From assembly GCF_001194135.2 (NCBI RefSeq), contig NC_068997.1, positions 9,519,306 through 9,583,305 on the forward strand: a stretch of DNA of 64,000 bases. Direction: 5' to 3'. Positions 53,096-64,000 of this stretch are shown here, one piece after another. Below the pieces are notes generated by a model. That model saw only the letters and a program-made list of their open reading frames with translations. It was not told where the DNA came from and made no database searches. Numbering within the stretch: the stretch's first letter is position 1; every line of letters begins with the position of its first letter. Origin of the DNA: Octopus bimaculoides (Eukaryota). A program made the translations under genes and the position numbers.

Positions 53096-53374
53096 TTAAG
53101 CAATTGTTTTTGAAGAAGACATTATTGATGTTTGACTCTGGATCACTCCTCACTGAGGAACCGGATGATCGAAAATGTTTCAGCTATGACCAACCTCTTA
53201 TTTTCTAACTTCTTTTCCAGGATTAAGTACATTTAGGTTTAGTTATCCAATGGGTCCTTACATTTTTAGGATAGAAGAATGTAATTTAAGGAAAATGCAG
53301 AGAAGGTTCCTTTGTTTTCTAGAAGTATCTTGAAAGCAGGATATCCTTATATCATTCAATATGTTTGTACAAGG

Positions 53375-53576
53375 CAGAATCATTAGCACGCCGGGTGAAA
53401 TGCTTAGTGGTATTTCCTCTGTCTTTATGTTCTGAGTTCAAATTCTGCCGAGGTCGACTTTGCCTTTCATCCTTTTGGGGTTGATAAATCAAGTACCAGT
53501 TGCATACTGAGGTCGATCTAATTGATTGGCCCCCTCCCCAAATATTTCGGACCTTGTGCCTAGAGTAGAAAAGAAT
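53375..53576 (+). mobile_element. Family B SINE (cctagagtagaaaag tail subfamily)
   Basis: Near-consensus core gttcaaattctgccgaggtcgactttgcctttcatcc. Confidence 0.85.
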
Positions 53577-54348
53577 ATGTTCATACAAGTGGTACTTCTA
53601 TCTCAAATACTCACGAGATACCAGGTTTTTATGTTTAGCACCACAACCAAAACAATATTCAGAAATAGATTAAATATTAAATGCAAGAGTTGATATGNNN
53701 NNNNNNNTTAAATGAATTTGTTATTTGAAAATAGAGAATCTCAAATCTCATTAAAACCTAAATCTTTAACTAAGAAATACTTCTGAGAGATGAAAAATTC
53801 TTTTCTATAAGCTTTCTGTATATTAATTTATAAATCAAATCTTAATATATAAATTGATTTTAAAATTTAGGTCAGTTGAAACAGCTGGCACTTTCACTAT
53901 TTGTTTGTCCCTCAAAGCTTAGCAAAGAAATAAAAGATGAAAATAATAGCATGTGATCTACCGAACAGGTCCTAACAGCTAAATAAAGGCTTAAAATGGA
54001 ATCAATGCAGTTTTATTACTAAACATATGGCACAAATCAAATACTTTAGTAAAACAAAGTTTTCATTCGATTGCTTGTTTTCCTCCACTGCTTTTGCCAT
54101 AAGTTAGATTACTATATTATTGAAGAAGTATTATTTTACAGCAGGAAGCCTTCTTGTTACTGACCACAATCTATTTTTCATGTAAAGGACTGCTTATTTC
54201 ACACATCTTCATAGGCACAAAACCAGCAGAAGATGTGCTAACAAGGAAAATGACAACAATGTTGCTGCTTGTAGCTCAGCACAAATGTGAACAAACACAT
54301 ACATACCATACATACATACATATACATACATACATACATACATACATA

Positions 54349-54727
54349 TTCTTTTATTCTCTTACTTATTTCAGTCATTTGACTGCAGCCATGCTGGAGC
54401 ACTGCCTTTAGTCGAACTAATCGACCCCAGGACTCATTCTTTGTAAGCCTAGTACTTACTCTATCAATCTCTTTTGCCAAACCGCTAAGTTATGGGGATG
54501 TAAACGCCAACATCAGTTATCAAGCGATGGTGGGGGAAACAAACACAGACACACAAACATATACACATACACACACATATATATGACGGGCTTCTTTCAG
54601 TTTCTATCTACCAAATCCACTCACAAGGCTTTGGTCAACCTGAGGCTATAGTAGAAGGTGCCACACAGTGGGACTGAACCTGGAAACATGTGGTTGGGAA
54701 GCAAGCTTCTTACCACACAGCCAGTCC
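54349..54727 (-). mobile_element. Full-length family A SINE
   Basis: Reverse complement of the 44227 copy; many CpGs intact. Confidence 0.85.
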
Positions 54728-54884
54728 TGTGTATGTATATATATATATATATATATATAACCACCTGGCCATGTGCCTCTACATTGGCTTCTTTACGTTC
54801 TCTTTAATTTAACAAACAAGACCAATAGAATCACTAACAAACTTAAAAAGACAGAAGTACTGGGGTCAATTTGTTCAACTAAGC

Positions 54885-55136
54885 CAGTGTTTCTCAACAG
54901 GGGCCCACATGACCCTTGGGGATCCATGTAAGATTTTCTCATTAGTTTATGTGCAATAAATTAGTTATACTTTCTACAGTAAATGAAATATTTCAACATT
55001 TTTTCATACAATTCTTAATAATATCTACTTATAAAAAAGAAAGACTTTTTAAACATCAAATGGCTATGGGGGCCCAGTAGTGTAAACTAGGAATCAAAGG
55101 GGTCCATAGGTTTTAAAAAATGGTTGAGAACCACAG
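54885..55136. mobile_element. hAT (Charlie-like) MITE inserted in a family A SINE 3' end
   Basis: TIR cagtgtttctcaac / gttgagaaccacag; degenerate 8-bp TSD aactaagc / gcctgagc; the flanks rejoin as the SINE tail (54800-54884 plus 55137-55205). Confidence 0.75.
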
Positions 55137-55734
55137 GCCTGAGCCCTTGAATGTGGTGCTCCAGCAAGGCCACAATCCAGTGGCTGAAACAAGTAAAAGC
55201 TAAAAAACAAGAATATTAATCTTCCCTTCCATCATAGTCAGAAAGATCATTTTCTCATACTTGCACACAAGTTGGCCATAAACGTAGGAGGAAAAAATGA
55301 AGAAAATAACATATTGTTTGAATTACATCATTTAAAAATAAGAATACAAACAGCTTTAAAACAGTGAATATGTAAATAATTTAACAAAGCAATCAGGCTT
55401 AAATTAAACATTTGTTGTTTTCAAATTTCAATTTCTGCTCAAGTTGATCTCAATGCAAAAGATTTAAAATATTAAAATAAAAATCTCTAAATTACAAACT
55501 TAGAGAATAACTTTTAAGGATAGCAATTTAATCAAGAAAAGAGGAAGATATGAAATAAACTGAAAATTCAAAGCTAAAATGAATTACCAGGATAATAAAC
55601 GAGATTGAATAAACAAAAGCAGAAACATAGGTTCAATTCTGCTTGAAGGATGAAATAATGAAAGTGTCCTTGACATTTTGCATAGATGTTATGCATGTAG
55701 ATGTATGTATTCTAAATGTATATATTTGTGTTTG

Positions 55735-55853
55735 AGAGAGAGAGAGAGAGTGAGTGAGTGAGAGAGTATGTTTGCAACAGAGAGAGAGAGAGAGAGAGAG
55801 TGAGTGAGTGAGAGAGTATGTTTGCAACAGAGAGAGAGAGAGAGAGAGAGAGA

Positions 55854-55900
<47 letters not shown>
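55735..55900. repeat. Compound (GA)n/(GT)n array with a duplicated unit containing gtatgtttgcaaca
   Basis: Two copies of (ga)n-gtgagtgagtgagagagtatgtttgcaaca. Confidence 0.85.
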
Positions 55901-56706
55901 TGCAGGGGGGATGAGTGAGTACGTGTGTGTTTAAGAGAAAGAGAGTGGGAAAGACAGTGAGTGAAAGAGAGAGTGAGCGAATTTTTGTGTGTGCATATGT
56001 GTGTGTGTGTGTGTGTATGCTGGTATATGGAGCACATTCATAAATTCGTTTAAAAGTACATTTATCAGAGTATGTTTGTGTTTTCAGAAAACTCCTTTGC
56101 TTGTGTCATTACGTTTGAGTAGATGCGTTACTTTGTTTAGTAAGAGTTTGGTTGAGAGGGGAGTGATGTATGAGTATCATCCTCAAACATCACCCTCATT
56201 CCCTCTTTCAACATCACTACAATCATAAATCTAACAGAAAACACACATGCATATGTCTGTTTGCTTGTGTGTGTGTGTGTGTGTGTTTACTTATGTGTAG
56301 TCTGATACCATCTCTGCATCTTCCTCCTTAGCCGATCAACAAACAAGTCCTTGTGACTTCTTAGACAAGCACTCGTCACTGTGCTTAAGTTTTTAGGCAG
56401 TTCTAAGCAGGTGGTGTATAAGTTAGCTGTACTTCTGTTGTTTTGTATGATCAGCCCACTGCAAACAGTGGTTTCTCAACCAGACGCATGTCCAGAATAG
56501 TGTCAAGCATGTCAGTTTTTACGACTTTAACACGAAATAACTTCTAAAATACCAAATTTTGTCAAAAATTTTCAAAGTAAACAGTGTTCTGCACGAGACA
56601 GTCCACCAGCATATGAAGTTTTAAACTGTTTAGTTTTTAAAAATTAATAAAAAAAAATCTGCGAGCCAAATTGAACAGATCCTAACTTGGAACCATCAAA
56701 TAATTG

Positions 56707-56925
56707 ATTTCAAATTTTGGCACAAGGCCAGCATGTTCAGGGGAGAGGTAAAATCGATTACATTGACTCCTTTTTTTTTTAAACTGATAATTATTTTATT
56801 GAGCCCCCGAAAGGATGAAAGGTAAAGTCGACCTCAGTGGAATTTTCAACTCAGAACATGAAGACAGGCGAAATGCCATTAAGCATTTTGCTCAGTGTGC
56901 TGATGATTCTGTCAGCTTGCAACCT
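56707..56925 (-). mobile_element. Family B SINE with 14-bp TSD
   Basis: ccatcaaataattg at 56693-56706 and ccatcaaagaattg at 56930-56943. Confidence 0.8.
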
Positions 56926-58701
56926 TCTGCCATCAAAGAATTGGCAGCAAATATGGCTAAAGTGTGACATTTTTCACTTGCGCACAACGTTCAGCAAGCT
57001 TAGTGTACTGCCTACTTAGCCTTGGACAGATTCTTTAGTCTTGCAGGCTGTCCACCAGATCTACAGCGTTTGGTATCAGAACCACAACACAAAGCTACTG
57101 ACTTGGCACCAATTGTTCAGTATTTAGAAGCCTTGCATTTAACTCCATCAATTGCATCTTTGTGTAGGTCAATGCACTTTGACCTTTTTATACCTTGCGT
57201 CAGGTCACCTAGTCTATACTGCATGAGTGCAATATAAAGATTTTAAATAAAATCAAGGACTATTTTTTTTTATGCTTCTATTTTTGCTTTACAAAGGGTG
57301 ATTCTAAGTTGACTTGCAATAATCACCCTGATGTATTTTAGATTGTTACAATCAACAGCTTGCCTCTAATTAGACAGCAAAAAGAAAAAAAAAAAAATCA
57401 ACAACAGAGTATGAGAACAAAATGAAAGAGAAGGGAAGAGGAGAAAATGAGACAGAGAGAGAGAGAGGGTGAGAGGAGAAAGAGAGAGAGAGAGCAATGA
57501 ATATGTTTAACCTACTAAGATGTAATTTGTAAAAAACTAATTGATTTCATAAAAATAATAGGGGAAAAAAATACTTTAATAGCCTCCACTAAAGTTTGAA
57601 ATCTGATATTATAGTTGTGAATGATAATGGCACAGCTGGTCAATCAAGGTTAGGTCAGATGACCAGCCACAGTGTTGCTGTTTAAATCTTCACACAATAT
57701 ACTGCCATTTTTTCTTTTTTCTTTCCAAAGCTAAAAACCGCTCAACATCACATAACACTCAGCAGTGCTGTCCATCCAACTGTAAACAGAGTCTACATAT
57801 ATAGCTAAAACCTTAATGTTGTAAAGCGAGCAGAGTGCGTTATAATTAAGGAGTAATTCATTAATTAGCAACACTGAAATCAAATACCTCCTCCTTGTGG
57901 ACCTGGGGCTATGCTAAAAGAATTTACATAGTAGTTCTATGTCAAGAAACTGTATCACAAACCAAACTGAAATGAACTGTGAATGACATACATATATGCT
58001 AAGTAATACCATAGAGAGAACCAAGTAAAAAGAGCACTCAACCCCATGATGTGGAGGGAGTGGGTTGGGGGTGTATGGGTTTGTGGGGGGTGGGGGGTGC
58101 TGTATTTAATAAGAGAAGACAGACAGATTGAGTTGATAAAGTACTTCTTAACTGAGGTTGGTAGCTTATACACTTTTACTAGCACTGTATTTTTCATTAT
58201 GGCCATAACACATAGCTCTCAAACAGCTGACTACCTCCTAAAAGCAAAAGGAGTTGAACTTCAAACATGGTTTCTTCAATTTGAAGAAATAGCAACCAAA
58301 TCTTCCTTAACTCACACCTGCTGCCTCATAAACACAGTTTACCAAAATAAATGGGGGGAGGGGGAGAAAAAAAATGGCAGTCTCAAGTGGACTGGTTTCC
58401 TTTATAGGTCAGCTTGAATAGGGTTCTTAAACAACAACGAAAACCAAAGTCAGGGCTGGGCTGGTATATAATCCACTGTAAATCTAACAAGTATTTCTTT
58501 AAACCTCAGTGGGGGTATTTGAATCCCCTGTCAAGGAAAGCCACCAGCAACAGGCTACTAGCATCCTTTCAAGGAGAGATTTATCAGTGCAACTTTAGCA
58601 TGCAGTCTATAGTATATCCTGTGAAATGACATAATCTGGGTTAGGATTAGGTTTAAGGGCTATGGTTATGATTAGACTTTAGGTTCAGATTCGATTCTAA
58701 A

Positions 58702-59101
58702 GTGTTGCCAGTGCCCATGGACTGGCTCTTGTGCGGGTGGCACATAAAATACACCATTTTCAGCATAGCCGTTACCAGTACCGCCTGACTGGCCTTCGTA
58801 TGATTTTCGAGTGAGATCGTTGCCAATGCCCCTGGACTGGCTCTTGTGCGGGTGGCACATAACATACACCATTTTGAGCGTGGCCGTTGCCAGTACCACC
58901 TGACTGGCCTTCGTGCGGGTGACACGTAAAAGCACCCACTACACTCTCTGAGTGGTTGGCATTAGGAAGGGCATCCAGCTGTAGAAACTCTGCGAAATCA
59001 GATTGGAGCCTGGTGTAGCCATCCGGTTTCACCAGTCCTCATTCAAATCATCCAACCCATGCTAGCATGGAAAGCGGACGTTAAACGATGATGATGATGA
59101 T
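58702..59101 (+). mobile_element. Young, long family C element with a tandemly repeated 5' module
   Basis: Two ~97-bp repeats (58702-58799 and 58818-58913), then ggcacgtaaaagcaccc-type module, body, and (gat)n tail; CpG-rich. Confidence 0.85.
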
Positions 59102-59779
59102 GTACTTCAAATATAAACTGAACTTGAGCACCAACATTCTGGATCTTTCTGATTCAGGAAAGAGGATTAGCTAAAGTAAAAGACATTGTTTCCACAGTGA
59201 AATATTATTTAATTAAGAGAAGCAATCTTATGAAGAAATGATATTTCTATTGATTTTCATTTATTATTTTTTTTTTCCCCATACACAGGTGTTTACAATG
59301 AGTTGGCATCATCAACATCTGATAAATTTAATCAGAATGATTTTAGATTAGATGTATATACACATACATGCACACACACAAGCATACATATACATATATA
59401 TAAATACACATACACATACACATGAACACAGAGACATATATCCAAATACCTTTTATATGTATATAACCAAATATAAATAAAATATAAATACATAAACTCA
59501 CACAGAGATACATATCCATATACACATACAAGCATCTACATACATAGATATCTGCACACATACATACAGCAGAAAAACACATTAATTGGAAATTTATAAA
59601 AATATTAAATAAAATCTTAAATTTTCTTTTCACTTTTTCTTTAATTATTTATATATTATTTTTTTTTTTTTTCTCAAAGCAATTAAGATATGGAAATAAA
59701 GATCTGAAAATAGAAATGTTGAAATTTTATTTAGAAGATTTGATAGCATAGGAATCTTACAGCAGAATATACAGACAAC

Positions 59780-59784
59780 ACATT

Positions 59785-59842
<58 letters not shown>

Positions 59843-60260
59843 TGTAAAGACATATATATATACACACACATATATACACATATATACATACACACACACA
59901 CACATACATATATACAAACACATATATACACACATATATATATACACACACATATATATACACATAAATATATACATATATACATACACATATGTATATA
60001 CACACATATATATATACATATATATACATATATACACATATATACACACACATATATATATATATATACACACATATATATACACATATATACATACACA
60101 TATATACATATATATATATACATATATACATACATATATATATACATATATACATACAAATACATATATACATATATATATACACACACATCTATATGCA
60201 TATGTATACACACATATATATACACACACACACACACATACACACACACACACACACACT
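59780..60260. repeat. Long compound (TA)n/(CA)n microsatellite
   Basis: Directly visible. Confidence 0.95.
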
Positions 60261-60606
60261 TACAATAAGCATATTCATAACTCAGCTTGAAATCATAATT
60301 TCTAATAATCAATAGCACCGTTAAGGACCAGTTCATTAGAAAATAGACAAATCTGAGGAAGTCTTTGACAGATTTCTCAAATGAGTTGAATAAACTAGCA
60401 TGGCTAATGAATAAATGAATGATGTGAAGATGAAGTGTTTAAAGCAGTTGACGAAAATGGAAAACATAAATAAGATTACAGCCACTAATATCCAGTTAAA
60501 TCAAAGTGGAAGATTCTCTAACAAGCAATGTTTTTATCTTAATTCTAGTGCCATTTCTACAATAGCTTTAATGAGTTCTGGTGCAATGAGAGATATCAGT
60601 AATAAT

Positions 60607-61164
60607 CAGTTCTACTTATATAGGCACAAGGCCTGAAATTTGGGGGCAGGGAGTAAGTCAATTACATCGACCCCAGTGCGTAACTGGTACCTATTTAATT
60701 GACCCCGAAATAATGAAAGGCAAAATCAACCTTGGTAGATGTGAGAGGCCAGGTCTGGCCAGTATGAACATAAAACATATAGAAGATTTGGGCAAGATCT
60801 GGCCAGTGTAAATGCTAAAGGTTTGACCCTCTTCCCTGTGACTGATGTAATTCTAAAAATCTGCTTGAACGTAGCAGCAGATGATATACTGCTAAGCATT
60901 TTGCGTGCTATTGATTCTGCCAGCTCGCTGCCTTAGAGATATCAGTAATAATGATTTCAAATTTTGGTACAAAGCCAGCAATTTCAAGGGAGGGGGTAAG
61001 TTGATTACATTGACCCCAGTATTCAACTGGTACTTATTTTATCAACCCTGAAAAGATAAGGCAAAGTCAATCTCAGCAGAATTTGAACTCAGAACGTAAA
61101 GATTGACGAAATGTTGCTAAGCATTTTGTCCGGCATGCCAATAATCCTACCAGCTTGCTGCCCT
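60607..61164 (-). mobile_element. Two tandem family B SINEs (60607-60935 and 60953-61164) separated and flanked by the same 17-bp TSD
   Basis: gagatatcagtaataat at 60590-60606, 60936-60952 and 61165-61181. Confidence 0.85.
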
Positions 61165-63926
61165 GAGATATCAGTAATAATTATATTAATTTTAATAATC
61201 CTTTCTACCAGCTCACCACAAACTGAATGAAGCTCATACATGCATGTGTGTGTGTGTGTGTGCGCACAGGCACGTGTGTGTGTATGTGTGTGTGTATGGA
61301 TGTTACTGTCTCTTTGCTTTAACACTGTATGATTGTTGTAAGCAAATGTCACCATCATGCAAGCAGTGCCCTCCATTTCCAATCTTCCATGAAAATAAGT
61401 CTAATCATGAAGAAACGTTACCCTACCTGGAATCAGATGCAGGTTGGCAAGAGGAAAGGCATCCAGCAATAGAAAACTCAACTTCAATAAGCTCCATCCA
61501 ACCCATGCGAGCATGGGAAAGCGGATGTTAAAATGATGATGATGATATTTCCAATAATGATGCTAAACATAAAAATATTGGACAGCAGATGTAAAACAGC
61601 TGTTTAGCTATTGCCAAATGGAAATTGTAAAAACAAAAGGTCAGGCTTAGATGAAGAATCATGCATCAACCATTACGGCCTTCAATCAAGACAAGTGTCA
61701 AAGAACAGAAAGAGGTCTCTATTCCTATGTTCCTGTTCTGACCATTTCACTTTCATTACATTGATAGTATTCCAGAGAAAGGCATGACAGCCACAGAGTC
61801 TCAATATTAAGCTCCTATAATTCTCAGACTTCATGCCTTTGTAAGAAACTAAGTCTTACTGAATCAAAGAAAGAGCATCTACATTGTCACACACTCTGTT
61901 GGAAATGGCAGCAAAATCTCTTTCAGAGAAGACTGTGCTAAAAATGGATAAACTGTATAATGAAGAGCAAAGTACATGATATTATATCATGTATGTTGAT
62001 ATGATAAAATATCAGATTGGCTCAAGTGGAATATCTTTCTTCATAGGTTTGATTGATCAAGATCAATAAACAACAACAACCTAATGTTTAAAAAAATAAC
62101 TGGAAATAACAGAATTCGAGACTAAATGCATTACAGTATATTAAATTTTATACATCTAAATTCTAAGTTCAACCTCCACTGAAGGTTGATAATATATTTC
62201 AGTTTTATGGGGTGTCAATAATAAAATACTTACCAATAGTATATGAGAGTATGATTTAATTGACTGCACAGTGTTCTTTCCAATATTGGTAGTGCTTAAG
62301 CAAGAAATCAATAATCTGAAGAAATAATATTTCAGAACCATTGATTTCTAAATCCACAAATGGTTAGATGGTATTGATGATGATGAGGAGGATGGGGGGG
62401 AGGATGATAAAATGGAACATTTATTGCCATATCATCTAAAACAGCACAATTCAGAGACCTAAACCTAGAAATACAAGCTGATGAGTGTCTAATTTCCACA
62501 GCGCTGCTATTTCTTGATACCAAACCACCTGAAACTGTCCCAGGTTCTATGATACAAAATTTCTATTTAAAGTGATCTAAATTAAAACGTCTGTCAAATT
62601 TCATGTTAATTTATGTTCCAAACACCAGTTTGATAATGACAAAGGTATTTTAGTAAATTTTTATTTTATTTTAAAATTAATTGAAACAAACGCAATGTAT
62701 GTCAACAGAATCACAGCAATGAAACAGTTAAAGTGGTGAATCATTTTTTCTAGTCATATTGACTTACAAAAGTGTCCTAGGCCCTGGGCTCTGGTCCAGC
62801 AGTTCCAAGGTTTTGAGCAGTGTGGAACCACCTCTTAGCCACTACTGCTCTCAGTTCTACTCAGATCTGGAGCAGTGGCACCAGTCAGGGTCCCAGCTAT
62901 ATGCTAATTAGCATATTAAGGTTTGCTTACACATGCATACAAAGACTGGATCTTGTGGATTCTGCAGAAGAAACTGCCATGGTTTAACAAGGAGGAAGGC
63001 CAGCTGCAGCAACACATTGTAGAGTACAGACAACAAAATGAGGCAAGCAAGACATCTTGGTTGTCTATGCTTCCAGTTTGATCCCCAGTCATCTTGACCT
63101 CCTCTTGCCATTGGACAGAAGATGGTCAAGGACAAAAGAGCAGGGTTGATGGTGCACAACTTTTCTTCACCTCAAACAAGGTCACTGGGCAAGTCATCAG
63201 TCATCTCTAGGATGATCAGAAGGTTATCAATGCCCTGGTAAGATGACCATACTTACAAAAGCACAGACCAGGGCATGCTTGGCAACTAACAGGTAACTCC
63301 ATTCTCGCACCAAACGCCTGAACTGGATCCCTGCCACCAAATACAGTTTAATATCTAACCCAGAACAACGCAGTAACTAGGAGGACTATAAAAACTAATA
63401 TGTACCTCCCTTTTATTTTTCTTAAGAAGGTAGAACGTGATTAAAGAGAGATCTGGCAAGTATTAATATCAGGTCCGATGCATACATAGAAGCCTCCCTC
63501 ATTGGCTTCATATTCTGTTAGTAGAGATACACTGCAGAAACAACTAATCTATTGGCTTAAATCAACATTGTAATGAAAACTTAAAATTAAAAAAAAAAAG
63601 AAAAATTCAATAAACTAAAAAGAAAATATAAACAGAAAAATTTAGAATTTATATATTGAAATTTTTAATTTGGTAATTATGGTAAAATATGCAAAAATTA
63701 TTAATATGCAAAAGCATTGCACTACATATATGCATGTATGTGTGTATACCTGGATACATGTGTGTATATATGCATATATATATACATATGTATGTGTGTG
63801 TACATATATATAATTATATATATGTGTATATATAGATATATATATATGATATATACATACATACTTATATATAATCATCTATACATACGTATGTATATAT
63901 AATAATAAATATAGGTATATGCATGC

Positions 63927-63957
<31 letters not shown>

Positions 63958-64000
63958 TATATACATATGTACGTACATGTATGTATTTATATATATATTT

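Noticed and set aside
53153-53178. Second hammerhead-like motif CTGAGGA...GAAA
   Set aside because: Stem II does not pair without using the G of GAAA, and stems I and III are missing. At most it is a decayed remnant.
58912-58990. Twister or HDV-like ribozyme at the family C head
   Set aside because: There are partial resemblances (GA-GUG followed by a stem, AAGC loop end). I could not place the twister UAA cleavage loop or P2, nor the HDV P2/L3. Only the simple pseudoknot is supported.
62780-63400. GC-richer block that might be an exon or LINE ORF
   Set aside because: No recognisable protein motif in the frames I read, and frequent stops. It is probably old repeat sequence, but I cannot classify it.
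1-64000. CRISPR arrays, operons, rRNA genes or other prokaryotic systems
   Set aside because: No repeat-spacer periodicity, no gene-dense regions and no rRNA-like sequence; the DNA is eukaryotic and intron-like.

Overview
Eukaryotic, AT-rich, microsatellite-dense genomic DNA with 11 N-gaps. The repeat content (tRNA-derived SINEs, an RTE LINE fragment, (CA)n/(TA)n/(GAT)n arrays) fits an octopus or other coleoid cephalopod genome; this is an inference. Only one convincing protein-coding exon is present: a large minus-strand exon (acceptor boundary 7108, donor boundary 5644). It contains ~284 nt of 5' UTR and 393 codons, and ends in the first half of an MBD5/MBD6-type methyl-CpG-binding domain (VITPLGWKRVIEEGVIIYY-S, phase-2 split). 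The next coding exon was not found in 1-5643. The ~57 kb at higher coordinates looks like that gene's 5' intronic/upstream region. It is packed with at least six SINE-like families, hAT, piggyBac-like, Tigger-like and maT (DD37D) non-autonomous DNA transposons, a Penelope-like fragment with a hammerhead-like core, and several nested insertions. Nearly all other ORFs in the supplied track are microsatellite artefacts. I found no prokaryotic-type system. The best leads are a SINE family that re-inserts at its own target-site duplications, a tandem hairpin/pseudoknot array with a compensatory base change, a uORF-laden MBD5 leader with candidate small exons, and a TATA plus nuclear-receptor half-site cluster. 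All coordinates were counted by hand; repeat boundaries are approximate.
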